Shown: one piece after another, positions 53,404 through 63,455 of the stretch
Layout: the number at the start of each line of letters is the position of its first letter
How positions within the stretch are numbered: position 1 is the first letter of the stretch
Program-made: the position numbers and the translations under genes
Notes under the pieces: model-generated
Database searches by the model: none
What the model saw: the letters and a program-made list of their open reading frames with translations, nothing else
What the model was told of the DNA's origin: nothing
Source: Acutalibacteraceae bacterium
GTDB lineage: Bacteria > Bacillota > Clostridia > Oscillospirales > Acutalibacteraceae
Reading direction: 5' to 3'
Assembly (NCBI GenBank): GCA_045579365.1
Contig: JAZNLZ010000021.1
Location: forward strand, 37,794-101,793
DNA length: 64,000 bases

Positions 53404-53600
53404 AATGGTTATGCTTAGTCGAAACATTCTTGTTTCGACACAAAATCTTTGATTTTGCAACAAATTTCTTTTGAAATTTGTTCATATCCATTGAAATGAA
53501 TGTTGTGCAAAATCAAATCATATAATTTGATTTTGCCGAAGCCACTTGTAAAGTGGCTTGCCGAAGCGCCTTTCAGCGTTTCGACAAACCACAATCATTA
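53404..53600. repeat. Cluster of five consecutive AT-rich stem-loops with shared arm motifs, downstream of fhs
   Basis: Hairpins lie at 53418-53439, 53441-53457, 53459-53482, 53507-53536 and 53539-53559. The motifs TTTGATTTTGC, GTCGAAAC and GCCGAAG recur. Confidence 0.6.
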
Positions 53601-55277
53601 TTAGAATAAACCGGTTATTTTACCGTTTTCATCAATATCAATACGCTCAGCAGCAGGAGCTTTTGGTAAACCTGGCATAGTCATTATATCGCCTGTAAGA
53701 GCAACAATAAATCCTGCACCTGCAGAAATCTTAAGATTTCTAACGGTTACTGTAAATCCGTTTGGAGCGCCCAATTTTGTTTGGTCATCTGAGAAACTGT
53801 ATTGAGTTTTAGCCATACAAATAGGACAGTTGCCAAAGCCCATCTCGGTAAGCTTTTGAGCCTGTTTCTTAGCGTTAGGTGTTAAAACAACACCATCTCC
53901 ACCGTAAACATTTTTAACAATGGCATCAATTTTTTCTTCGATAGTACCATCCAACTCATAAGAGAAGGTAAAGTCGCCCTTTTCTTCTTCGCAAAGTCGA
54001 ACAACTTCACGAGCCATCTCCTCGCCGCCTTTACCACCTTCGGCCCAAACATTTGAAAGAACAACATTAACGCCTAAGTCTTTGCACTTTTCAATAATGA
54101 AGTCAATTTCATTGTCAGTGTCGGTGGGGAAACGGTTAACTGCAACAACGCAGGGGAGTTTGTAAACATTTTTAATGTTAGAAACATGGCGTAAAAGATT
54201 GGGGATACCTTTCTCTAAAGCCTCAAGATTTTCTTCGCCCAAAGCCTTTTTGTCAAGACCACCGTGCATCTTTAATGCTCTAACGGTAGCGACCATAACA
54301 ACGGCGCTAGGAGTAAGACCGGCCATACGGCACTTAATGTCAAGGAACTTTTCAGCACCCAAGTCAGCGCCGAAACCTGCTTCGGTAATAGCATAGTCGC
54401 CAAGCTTAAGTGCGAGTTTGGTTGCAGTAACACTGTTACAACCGTGAGCGATGTTAGCGAAAGGACCACCATGTACTAAAGCAGGGGTGCCTTCAAGGGT
54501 TTGAACCAAGTTGGGTTTAATAGCATCCTTCAAAAGGGCAGCCATTGCACCTGCAGCGTTTAACTGACCTGCAGTAACGGGTTCTTCATTAAAGGTATAA
54601 CCAACAATGATGTTGGATAAACGCTTTTTAAGGTCGGCAATATCACTTGCTAAGCAAAGAACAGCCATGATTTCACTGGCAACGGTAATGTCAAAACCAT
54701 CTTCACGGGGAACACCGTTAATTCTGCCACCTAAACCATCGGTAACAAAACGAAGTTGACGGTCGTTCATATCAACACAGCGTTTCCAGGTGATACGGCG
54801 AGTGTCAATTCCTAAAGCGTTTCCTTGGTGGATGTGGTTGTCAAGCATTGCAGCGAGAAGGTTGTTGGCAGCGCCGATAGCGTGGAAGTCACCTGTAAAG
54901 TGAAGGTTAATATCCTCCATAGGAACAACCTGAGCATAGCCACCACCAGCAGCGCCACCCTTGATACCGAAAACGGGACCCAAGGAAGGCTCACGCAAAG
55001 CAACACAAACATTTTTGCCAATTCTTGCCATACCGTCAGCAAGACCGATAGTGGTAGTAGTCTTACCCTCACCGGCAGCAGTGGGGGTAATGGCTGTTAC
55101 CAATATTAATTTACCATTGGGTTTAGTATTTTCTTTAACTAGGGAAAGGTCAATTTTAGCTTTATAATTACCGTATTGCTCAAGATATTTACGGTCGATA
55201 CCGGCTTTATCAGCAATTTCGGTAATGGGTTTCATTTGGCATTGTTGCGCAATTTCAATATCGGTTAAAAAAGCCAT
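53601..55277 (-). CDS. fhs: Formate--tetrahydrofolate ligase
   Basis: 558 aa with [13 protein letters not shown] (P-loop) and [13 protein letters not shown] motifs. Confidence 0.95.
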   Translation of the reverse strand: MAFLTDIEIAQQCQMKPITEIADKAGIDRKYLEQYGNYKAKIDLSLVKENTKPNGKLILVTAITPTAAGEGKTTTTIGLADGMARIGKNVCVALREPSLGPVFGIKGGAAGGGYAQVVPMEDINLHFTGDFHAIGAANNLLAAMLDNHIHQGNALGIDTRRITWKRCVDMNDRQLRFVTDGLGGRINGVPREDGFDITVASEIMAVLCLASDIADLKKRLSNIIVGYTFNEEPVTAGQLNAAGAMAALLKDAIKPNLVQTLEGTPALVHGGPFANIAHGCNSVTATKLALKLGDYAITEAGFGADLGAEKFLDIKCRMAGLTPSAVVMVATVRALKMHGGLDKKALGEENLEALEKGIPNLLRHVSNIKNVYKLPCVVAVNRFPTDTDNEIDFIIEKCKDLGVNVVLSNVWAEGGKGGEEMAREVVRLCEEEKGDFTFSYELDGTIEEKIDAIVKNVYGGDGVVLTPNAKKQAQKLTEMGFGNCPICMAKTQYSFSDDQTKLGAPNGFTVTVRNLKISAGAGFIVALTGDIMTMPGLPKAPAAERIDIDENGKITGLF

Positions 55278-55297
55278 TTAAAACTTCCTCCTAATAA

Positions 55298-58200
55298 TTA
55301 TTTAAAGTATTTTACTGCAGATTTGAACATCTTAATGTCATAATCGCCGTAAACATTTTTATAAAGGCCGTTGTTCCAACGTTCACTGTGACCCATCTTA
55401 CCAAATACTCTACCATCAGGAGAGGTGATACCCTCAATAGCATACATAGAGTCGTTGGGGTTAAAGTGAACATCGCTTGTTGCGTTGCCGGCTAAATCAA
55501 CATATTGAGTTGCGATTTGTCCGTTCTTTGCCAATTCCATAATGAGTTTTTCATCAGCCAAGAAACGACCTTCACCGTGGGAAATGGGCACATTGTAAAT
55601 GTCGCCAACATTTGTACTGCTAAGCCAAGGAGACTTGTTAGAAGCAATACGGGTTTGAACGATTCTGGATTGGTGGCGACCAATGGTGTTAAATGTAAGG
55701 GTTGGGCAGTTTTCATCGGTATCGATAATCTTACCGTAAGGAACAAGACCTAACTTAATAAGCGCTTGGAAACCATTACAAATACCACACATAAGACCAT
55801 CTCTATTATCAAGAAGGTCGGTAACTTGTTCTTTAATAGCGCCGTTACGGAAGAAAGCAGTAATAAACTTACCACTACCGTCTGGCTCGTCACCACCCGA
55901 GAAACCACCGGGAACGAATATCATTTGAGCACCCTTAACCTTGTTTGCAAACTCTTCAACCGAACGGGCAATACCGTCGGATGAAAGGTTGTTAATAACA
56001 AAGATTTCAGGGTCGGCACCTGCATCACGCATAACCTTAGCAGAATCAAATTCGCAGTTGGTACCGGGGAATACAGGGATAAGCACCTTAGGAGTTGCAA
56101 CCTTAATTGCAGGAGCAACACGGCTCTCGGCATTGTAAGAGAAGTTCTCCATAGGAGTCTTACGGTCTTCAATGTTGCACTTGAATACGCTTTCAAGTTT
56201 GTTTTCGTAAGTGTTAAGAAGGTCGCTTAAAGCAACGCTTTCATCACCTAATACTAATTTGCCACAATCGCAAACAGTACCGATAGCGATAGCATCTTCA
56301 ACGTCTTCAGTAACCTCTAAAATAAAGCTACCGTAGTTGTAACCGAAGATGGCCTTGTTATCCATATTATCATCAAACTTAAAGCCAAATCCGTTACCGA
56401 AGCACATCTTCATAACAGCTTCGCCAATACCACCATAGGTGGGAGTGTAAGCAGCAAGAACCTTGCCCTCGCGCATAAGTTGGGTTACACGGTTGAAAAT
56501 TCTGATTTGTGATTCGGGGTTGGGAAGGTTGGTGTCAGCATCATAAATGGGGCTTAAAAGAACAACCTTATTTCCGGCCTTTTTGAATTCAGGAGAAATG
56601 ATGTTTCCAACCTTATCGGTTGTAACAGCAAAGGAAACGAGGGTGGGAGGAACATCTAAATCCTCGAAACTACCACTCATAGAGTCCTTACCACCGATAG
56701 AACCGATTGAGAAGTCTTTTTGAGCCTTAAATGCGCCAAGCAATGCAGACAAAGGTTTGCCCCAACGCTTGCCATCTTTACCGGGACGCTCAAAATACTC
56801 TTGGAAGGTGAGATATACATCTTCAAAACTGCCACCGGTAGCAACAAGTTTTGCAACCGATTCAACAACTGCCAAGTAAGCACTGTGGAAGGGGCTTCTC
56901 TCAGCAATGTAGGGGTTGTATCCCCAAGACATAAGGGAGCAATCATCGGTGTGTTTCTTTTCAACCGAGATTTTTTGAACCATTGCTTGAATTGGGGTTA
57001 ATTGATATTTGCCACCGAAAGGCATAAGTACAGTGCCGGCACCGATGGTGGAGTCAAATTGCTCGGAAAGACCACGCTTGGAACAAGCATTAAGGTCATC
57101 GGCTAAATGCTCCATATTCTCCTTAAAGCCACCCTCAATAATTCTTTCATAATCCTTGGGAGCTTCGGGAGTGATATCAATGTGCTTTTCAGCACCGTTA
57201 GAATTTAAAAATTCACGGCTAATGTCAACAATAGTGTTGCCGTTCCAAATCATGGTAAGGCGAGGTTCAGCAGTAATGTCAGCCACCTTAACAGCCTGCA
57301 AGTTTTCAGCGTTTGCAAGTTCTAAGAAACGGTCAACATTTTCTTTCTCAACAACAACAGCCATTCTCTCTTGAGACTCACTAATAGCAAGTTCAGTACC
57401 GTCAAGACCGTCATATTTCTTGGGAACAGCGTTAAGGTCAATAAGAAGACCGTCAGCCAATTCGCCGATAGCAACCGAAACGCCACCTGCACCAAAGTCA
57501 TTACAACGTTTGATTAAGAGGCTGGCTTCTTTGTTTCTGAATAATCTTTGAAGTTTTCTTTCTTCAGGAGCATTACCCTTTTGAACTTCAGCACCACAAC
57601 TCTCTAAAGATTCTAAAGTGTGGGACTTGGAAGAACCGGTAGCACCACCACAACCGTCACGTCCGGTAGAACCACCAAGAAGAATTACAACATCACCGGG
57701 GCAGGGAACTTCACGGCGAACGTTTTCAGCAGGAGCAGCAGCAATAACAGCGCCGATTTCCATACGCTTTGCAGCATAGCCATCGTGGTAAAGTTCATCA
57801 ACAATACCGGTAGCAAGACCGATTTGGTTACCGTAAGAAGAATAACCGTCAGCAGCAGTTGTAACAATCTTTCTTTGGGGTAATTTACCCTTTAAGGTTT
57901 CGCTAACGCTCTTTAAGGGGTTAGCAGCACCGGTAACACGCATAGCACCGTAAACATAACTTCTACCCGAAAGTGGGTCACGGATGGCACCACCGATACA
58001 GGTAGCAGCACCACCAAAGGGTTCAATTTCGGTGGGGTGGTTATGGGTTTCGTTCTTGAAGAGGAGTAACCAATCTTCCGAAACACCATCAACATCTACC
58101 TTGATTTTAACGGTACAAGCATTAATTTCTTCGGATTCATCAAGTTTGGGGAGTTTGCCCTCTTTTTTGAGGTAACGAACAGCCAAAGTGGCAATATCCA

Positions 58201-58990
58201 TAAGGCAAACAGGCTTTGTGCGACCTAATTCCTTACGGGTTGCAATATAATCTTCGTAGGTTGCCTGTAAAAGTTCATCCTCGAAGGTGCAGTTATCAAT
58301 ATTAGTTAAGAATGTGGTATGACGGCAGTGGTCGGACCAATATGTATCAATCATACGAATTTCGGTGATGGTAGGATTGCGATTCTCGCTCTTGAAGTAA
58401 TCTTGGCAGAATTTAATATCATCGTTATCCATTGCAAGACCGTAACTCTTAACGAAATCAGCAAGACCGTTTTCGTCAAGGTCAATAAAGCCCTCAAGGG
58501 TTTCAACAGTAGTAGGGATATCATACTTTGTTTCAAGGGTTTCGGGCTTTTCAAGTGTTGCAATTCTAGCTTCAACAGGGTTTACAACATATTTCTTAAT
58601 TTCAGCAAGTTCAGCCTCGGTAATGTTACCGTAAAGCATATAAACCTTTGCAGTGCGAACTCTTGGGCGTTCACCTTGAGAGATGATTTGAATACATTGA
58701 GCAGCCGAGTCAGCTCTTTGGTCAAATTGACCGGGAAGGAACTCAACAGCAAACATAGCATTGCTATCATCAACCAAATCGGTGTAGGTAACATCCAACT
58801 GAGGCTCTGAGAAAACAGTGCCAACGGCGTAATCAAAGAGTTCTTTTTCAATCTTGTCAACATCATAACGGTTAATTATTCTAACATTTTCAACCGATTT
58901 GATTTGCAAAAGACCTCTAATATCTTTAAGAAGACCACGAGCTTCGTTACGTAGCTCAGGCTTTTTTTCAACAAATATACGATAAACCAT
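55298..58990 (-). CDS. purL: Phosphoribosylformylglycinamidine synthase, single-chain large type
   Basis: 1230 aa: a PurS-like N-terminus, duplicated PurM-like FGAM domains, and a C-terminal glutaminase (GICNGFQ, HGEG). Confidence 0.93.
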   Translation of the reverse strand: MVYRIFVEKKPELRNEARGLLKDIRGLLQIKSVENVRIINRYDVDKIEKELFDYAVGTVFSEPQLDVTYTDLVDDSNAMFAVEFLPGQFDQRADSAAQCIQIISQGERPRVRTAKVYMLYGNITEAELAEIKKYVVNPVEARIATLEKPETLETKYDIPTTVETLEGFIDLDENGLADFVKSYGLAMDNDDIKFCQDYFKSENRNPTITEIRMIDTYWSDHCRHTTFLTNIDNCTFEDELLQATYEDYIATRKELGRTKPVCLMDIATLAVRYLKKEGKLPKLDESEEINACTVKIKVDVDGVSEDWLLLFKNETHNHPTEIEPFGGAATCIGGAIRDPLSGRSYVYGAMRVTGAANPLKSVSETLKGKLPQRKIVTTAADGYSSYGNQIGLATGIVDELYHDGYAAKRMEIGAVIAAAPAENVRREVPCPGDVVILLGGSTGRDGCGGATGSSKSHTLESLESCGAEVQKGNAPEERKLQRLFRNKEASLLIKRCNDFGAGGVSVAIGELADGLLIDLNAVPKKYDGLDGTELAISESQERMAVVVEKENVDRFLELANAENLQAVKVADITAEPRLTMIWNGNTIVDISREFLNSNGAEKHIDITPEAPKDYERIIEGGFKENMEHLADDLNACSKRGLSEQFDSTIGAGTVLMPFGGKYQLTPIQAMVQKISVEKKHTDDCSLMSWGYNPYIAERSPFHSAYLAVVESVAKLVATGGSFEDVYLTFQEYFERPGKDGKRWGKPLSALLGAFKAQKDFSIGSIGGKDSMSGSFEDLDVPPTLVSFAVTTDKVGNIISPEFKKAGNKVVLLSPIYDADTNLPNPESQIRIFNRVTQLMREGKVLAAYTPTYGGIGEAVMKMCFGNGFGFKFDDNMDNKAIFGYNYGSFILEVTEDVEDAIAIGTVCDCGKLVLGDESVALSDLLNTYENKLESVFKCNIEDRKTPMENFSYNAESRVAPAIKVATPKVLIPVFPGTNCEFDSAKVMRDAGADPEIFVINNLSSDGIARSVEEFANKVKGAQMIFVPGGFSGGDEPDGSGKFITAFFRNGAIKEQVTDLLDNRDGLMCGICNGFQALIKLGLVPYGKIIDTDENCPTLTFNTIGRHQSRIVQTRIASNKSPWLSSTNVGDIYNVPISHGEGRFLADEKLIMELAKNGQIATQYVDLAGNATSDVHFNPNDSMYAIEGITSPDGRVFGKMGHSERWNNGLYKNVYGDYDIKMFKSAVKYFK

Positions 58991-58992
58991 TT

Positions 58993-60255
58993 TTATTCTC
59001 CTTTTAAAGCTTTGGCACCAATGTCTTTACGGTAAAAAGCATTTGCAAAGTTTACTTTTTTAACATTTTCATAGGCCTTGTTAAGAGCAGTTTTCAAATC
59101 AGCAGCAGTGTCGGTCACGCCTAAAACACGGCCACCGGCAGTTTTAAGAACGCCATCTTCGATTTTAGCACCTGCAACATAAACCTTGTCAGCAACGCTA
59201 TCGTCGATGTTTAATTCAAAACCACTTTCATATTTTTGGGGATAGCCACCCGAAGCCATAACAACACAAGCAGCAGCACCAGAAGAAAACTTAACTTCGG
59301 TTTTGTCTAATGTGCCATTGGTTGTTGCCTTCATAATTGTAAGCAAATCACTTTCAAGCAAGGGGAGAACAACCTGAGTCTCGGGGTCGCCAAAACGGCA
59401 GTTGTATTCAATAACCTTAGGGCCGTTAGGAGTAAGCATAAGGCCAAAATAGAGACAACCTTTGAAACTTCTGCCTTCCGAGTTCATAGCGTTGATGGTA
59501 GGAATGAAAATGGTTTCCATACACTTTTTAGCAATATCCTCGGTGTAGTATGGATTTGGAGCAATAGTACCCATACCACCGGTGTTAAGACCCTTATCGC
59601 CATCTAAAGCACGTTTGTGATCCATGGAAGAAACCATGGGAACAACGGTTTTACCGTCAGTAAATGAAAGAACGGATACTTCGGGACCGGTTAAAAACTC
59701 TTCAATTACAATATTGCTTCCACTTTCGCCAAATACCTTGTCTTCCATCATGGAAATAACAGCTTCCTTAGCAGCTTCACGGGTTTCGGCAATAATAACG
59801 CCTTTACCCAAAGCCAAACCATCAGCCTTAATAACTGTTGGAATAGGAGCAGTTTCAAGATACTTCAAAGCATCGTCTTTGTTTGAAAATACTTCGTATT
59901 CTGCTGTGGGAATATTGTATTTCTTCATAAGGTTTTTAGAGAAAACCTTACTTCCTTCAATAATTGCGGCCTTTTTGTTAGGGCCAAAACAGGGAATACC
60001 TGCATCGGTTAAAGCATCAACAGCACCTAAAACCAAGGGGTCATCGGGTGCAACAACAGCATAGTCAATGCCGTTTGCCTTTGCAAATTCAACCTGAGCA
60101 TCAATATCTTTAGCGCCAATATTAACAAGGGTAGCATCATTTTGCATACCACCGTTACCGGGGAGAGCAAAAATCTCGGTTATTTCCTTGTTTTCTTTTA
60201 ATTTCTTAATTATGGCGTGTTCACGGCCACCGCCGCCTACTACCATTACTTTCAT
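58993..60255 (-). CDS. purD: Phosphoribosylamine--glycine ligase
   Basis: MKVMVVGGGGREHA and an ATP-grasp core. Confidence 0.94.
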   Translation of the reverse strand: MKVMVVGGGGREHAIIKKLKENKEITEIFALPGNGGMQNDATLVNIGAKDIDAQVEFAKANGIDYAVVAPDDPLVLGAVDALTDAGIPCFGPNKKAAIIEGSKVFSKNLMKKYNIPTAEYEVFSNKDDALKYLETAPIPTVIKADGLALGKGVIIAETREAAKEAVISMMEDKVFGESGSNIVIEEFLTGPEVSVLSFTDGKTVVPMVSSMDHKRALDGDKGLNTGGMGTIAPNPYYTEDIAKKCMETIFIPTINAMNSEGRSFKGCLYFGLMLTPNGPKVIEYNCRFGDPETQVVLPLLESDLLTIMKATTNGTLDKTEVKFSSGAAACVVMASGGYPQKYESGFELNIDDSVADKVYVAGAKIEDGVLKTAGGRVLGVTDTAADLKTALNKAYENVKKVNFANAFYRKDIGAKALKGE

Positions 60256-60279
60256 TTTAAAGCTCCTTAAATTTTACTT

Positions 60280-61518
60280 TTAATAAATGGGGAAGTTAGC
60301 ACAAAGAGCCTGAACTTCTTCGGTAATTTGGTCCTTTTTAGCATCGAAATCATTAATTGCAAGGGTAATCCAGTTTGCAATTTTAGCCATCTCACCCTCT
60401 TTAAAGCCACGGGTTGTAACAGCAGGAGAGCCAAGGCGCACACCACTTGTGACAAATGGGCTTTGTGGGTCGTTGGGGATAGTGTTCTTATTAGCAGTAA
60501 TATGAACTTCATCAAGGCGATGCTCTAATTCTTTACCGGTAATGCCGGTGCCAAGAAGTTTCAAGAGCATTAAGTGGTTATCGGTACCACCTGAAACGAT
60601 ATCAAAACCGTTAGCCTTTAAGCCATCGCAAAGTGCAGCAGCGTTTTTGATAACCTGTTTTTGGTATTCCTTAAACTCGGGGGATAATGCCTCGCCAAGT
60701 GCCACAGCCTTGGCGGCAATAATGTGCATCAAAGGACCACCTTGGGTTCCGGGGAATACAGCCTTGTTTATCTTTAAATAAATTTCTTCGTCGTTGCAAA
60801 GAATCATACCACCACGAGGACCTCTTAAGGTCTTGTGGGTTGTGGTTGTAACAACGTGAGCATAAGGAACGGGAGAGGGATGAACACCTGCAGCAATTAA
60901 ACCTGCAATGTGAGCCATATCAACCATTAAATATGCTTGGACTTCGTCGGCAATTTCACGGCACTTTGCAAAATCAATAATTCTTGAATATGCCGAAGCA
61001 CCAACAACGATTAATTTAGGTTTGCACTCGAGGGCGATTTTACGCATCTCATCGTAATCAATGGTCTCGGTATCATCAGCAACACCGTAAGGAACGATAT
61101 TGAAGTATTTACCCGAAATGTTAACGGGTGAACCGTGAGAAAGGTGACCACCTTGTTGCAAGTTCATACCCATAACGGTATCACCGGGATTTACAAGTGC
61201 AAAGAAAGCAGCAAGGTTAGCGTTAGCGCCCGAATGGGGTTGAACGTTTGCAAAATTGCAACCAAAAAGTTCACAAGCTCTTTTTCTTGCAATTTCTTCA
61301 ACAATATCAACACATTGGCAACCACCGTAATAACGCTTGGAAGGGTAACCTTCAGCGTATTTGTTGGTGAGAACGCCACCTGCAGCTAATAACACTGCTT
61401 TAGAAACAATGTTTTCAGAAGCAATAAGCTCGATATTGTGTTGTTGTCTTTGAAGTTCTTTATCACAAGCTTCAAAGATTTCAAAATCATAGTTTTTAAG
61501 TTCGTCAAAAAAGTTCAT
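60280..61518 (-). CDS. glyA: Serine hydroxymethyltransferase
   Basis: [14 protein letters not shown] (PLP lysine) and LIASEN motifs. Confidence 0.95.
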   Translation of the reverse strand: MNFFDELKNYDFEIFEACDKELQRQQHNIELIASENIVSKAVLLAAGGVLTNKYAEGYPSKRYYGGCQCVDIVEEIARKRACELFGCNFANVQPHSGANANLAAFFALVNPGDTVMGMNLQQGGHLSHGSPVNISGKYFNIVPYGVADDTETIDYDEMRKIALECKPKLIVVGASAYSRIIDFAKCREIADEVQAYLMVDMAHIAGLIAAGVHPSPVPYAHVVTTTTHKTLRGPRGGMILCNDEEIYLKINKAVFPGTQGGPLMHIIAAKAVALGEALSPEFKEYQKQVIKNAAALCDGLKANGFDIVSGGTDNHLMLLKLLGTGITGKELEHRLDEVHITANKNTIPNDPQSPFVTSGVRLGSPAVTTRGFKEGEMAKIANWITLAINDFDAKKDQITEEVQALCANFPIY

Positions 61519-61533
61519 TTTAAATACCTCGCA

Positions 61534-62718
61534 TTAATGGTGGAACAATCTCATTCCGGTAAATGCCATAGCAATTCCGTATTTGTTGCAGCAGTCAATA
61601 ACTGCATCATCACGGATAGAACCACCTGGTTCAGCAATGTAAGAAACACCGCTTCTGTAAGCTCTTTCAATGTTGTCATCGAAGGGGAAGAAAGCATCGG
61701 AGCCTAAAGCCACACCACTGATGGTAGCAAGGTAAGCCTTGATTTCATCATCGGTAAGGGGAGCAGGTTGGGTTGTGAAGTATTTTTGCCAATTTCCATC
61801 AGCGCAAACATCTTCTTCGTTACGGTTAATGTAACCATCAATAACATTATCACGGGTAGGTCTTGCAATGTCAGCCTTGAAGGGAAGGTTTAATACCTTG
61901 TCATGTTGACGCAAGAACCAAGTATCAGCCTTGCTACCAGCAAGACGGGTACAGTGAATTCTGGATTGTTGACCTGCACCAACGCCGATGGCTTGACCGT
62001 CAATAGCAAAGCAAACCGAGTTGGATTGGGTGTATTTTAAGGTGATAAGAGAAATTATAAGGTCTCTCTTGGCCTCGTCAGGTAAAACCTTGTTTTCGGT
62101 AACAATGTTAGAAAGTAATTCTTCGTTAATTTCAAAGTTGTTACGACCTTGCTCGAAGGAAATACCGTAAACCTGTTTGGTTTCGGTGGGAGCAGGCACA
62201 TAGTTGGGGTCGATTTTAACGATATTGTAGTTTCCGTTTCTCTTGGATTTTAAAATCTCCAAAGCTTCGGGGTCATAGTCGGGAGCGATAACGCCATCCG
62301 AAACCTCACGCTTAATGAGTAAAGCAGTGGTAACATCGCATTTATCAGATAAAGCAACCCAGTCGCCGAAGGAACACATACGGTCGGTACCACGAGCACG
62401 AGCATAAGCACAAGCAAGGAGAGACTCGTCAAGACCCTCAATGTCATCAACAAAACAAGCTTTTTTGAGCTTGTCGGACAAAGGAGTACCAACAGCAGCA
62501 CTTGTGGGGCTTACGTGTTTAAAAGAGGTAACAGCAGGAAGACCCAAAGCCTCTTTAAGTTCTTTAACTAACTGCCAAGAGTTAAATGCATCAAGGAAGT
62601 TGATGTAACCGGGACGGCCACAAAGAATTTCAATAGGTAACTCGCTGCCATCAGCCATAAAGATTTTGGAAGGCTTTTGGTTGGGGTTACAGCCGTATTT
62701 AAGTTCAAATTCTTTCAT
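61534..62718 (-). CDS. purH: AICAR formyltransferase (PurH C-terminal domain only; no MGS-like IMP cyclohydrolase domain)
   Basis: 394 aa starting directly with KYGCNPNQ, and ending in EPGGSIRD...GMRLFHH. Confidence 0.88.
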   Translation of the reverse strand: MKEFELKYGCNPNQKPSKIFMADGSELPIEILCGRPGYINFLDAFNSWQLVKELKEALGLPAVTSFKHVSPTSAAVGTPLSDKLKKACFVDDIEGLDESLLACAYARARGTDRMCSFGDWVALSDKCDVTTALLIKREVSDGVIAPDYDPEALEILKSKRNGNYNIVKIDPNYVPAPTETKQVYGISFEQGRNNFEINEELLSNIVTENKVLPDEAKRDLIISLITLKYTQSNSVCFAIDGQAIGVGAGQQSRIHCTRLAGSKADTWFLRQHDKVLNLPFKADIARPTRDNVIDGYINRNEEDVCADGNWQKYFTTQPAPLTDDEIKAYLATISGVALGSDAFFPFDDNIERAYRSGVSYIAEPGGSIRDDAVIDCCNKYGIAMAFTGMRLFHH

Positions 62719-62729
62719 TACAGTTCTCC

Positions 62730-63455
62730 TTATTTGTTTTTGTTGATAATGATTTCGGTAGGTTCGCTGCCATCAAGTGGGATAGCACGAACGAAAAGGG
62801 AAACCTTATTGTCTTCATTTAGGTTGTTCCAGCAAAGGTCAGCCAATTCCTCGGCAGTGTTGGGAAGAGCAATCTCTTCGGGTTCGCCGTAAAAACTGGG
62901 GATGGGGTTGCCATCGCATTTATAGGTGTGGATGAAATGACCGATACCATCTTCGGGAACATAGTTGTAGAAATAACGGTTGCAAGCTTCGGGGCGACCG
63001 TTTGCACTCTTTAAGATAGAGAGTTTATATGTAAATAAGCCCTTGTTGAAACCATAGTATAAAGCACCGGATATACGAGGTGTAAAGTTAGGTGCATCAG
63101 GTTCAAATTCACGAGTGTAAAGAGCCTCTTCAAAGGTTTTGCCTTCTTTAAGGAAATCGTAAATGGTGTTTGTTTGGTCACCGTTGGTAATAATATCGGT
63201 ATCGCCCAATTTTAAGTAGGGATTATAAATTATAAGGGATGGGTCGGAAAGTTTGCTTTCGTCAAAAGCCTTGGTTCTCATACCATCTTCGAAACGCTCA
63301 AAAATTCTGTTTCGGCTGTTTTCGCTTCTGCCCATAATAAAGTAAGCGATCATTGCGTTTTTGCCGTCAGCCGATTTGCCAACAACAATACCTCTACCGG
63401 GATAGGAATTTTCGCTTAAAAGAGTTTTTAAATCATATAAAGCCATTTTATTCAC
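62730..63455 (-). CDS. purO: PurO-type (archaeal-like) IMP cyclohydrolase
   Basis: YPGRGIVVG...MGRSENSRNR...IYNPY...NGDQT...TPRISG parallels archaeal PurO. Confidence 0.78.
   Translation of the reverse strand: MNKMALYDLKTLLSENSYPGRGIVVGKSADGKNAMIAYFIMGRSENSRNRIFERFEDGMRTKAFDESKLSDPSLIIYNPYLKLGDTDIITNGDQTNTIYDFLKEGKTFEEALYTREFEPDAPNFTPRISGALYYGFNKGLFTYKLSILKSANGRPEACNRYFYNYVPEDGIGHFIHTYKCDGNPIPSFYGEPEEIALPNTAEELADLCWNNLNEDNKVSLFVRAIPLDGSEPTEIIINKNK

Noticed and set aside
53404-53600. Possible degenerate CRISPR array or small ORFs in the fhs-downstream hairpin cluster. Examples are a 26-aa ORF starting right after the fhs stop on the minus strand and a 15-aa ORF on the plus strand.
   Set aside because: - The repeats are inverted hairpin arms of differing sequence and irregular spacing, not direct repeats separated by unique spacers.
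- No cas genes are present.
- The mini-ORFs lack an RBS.
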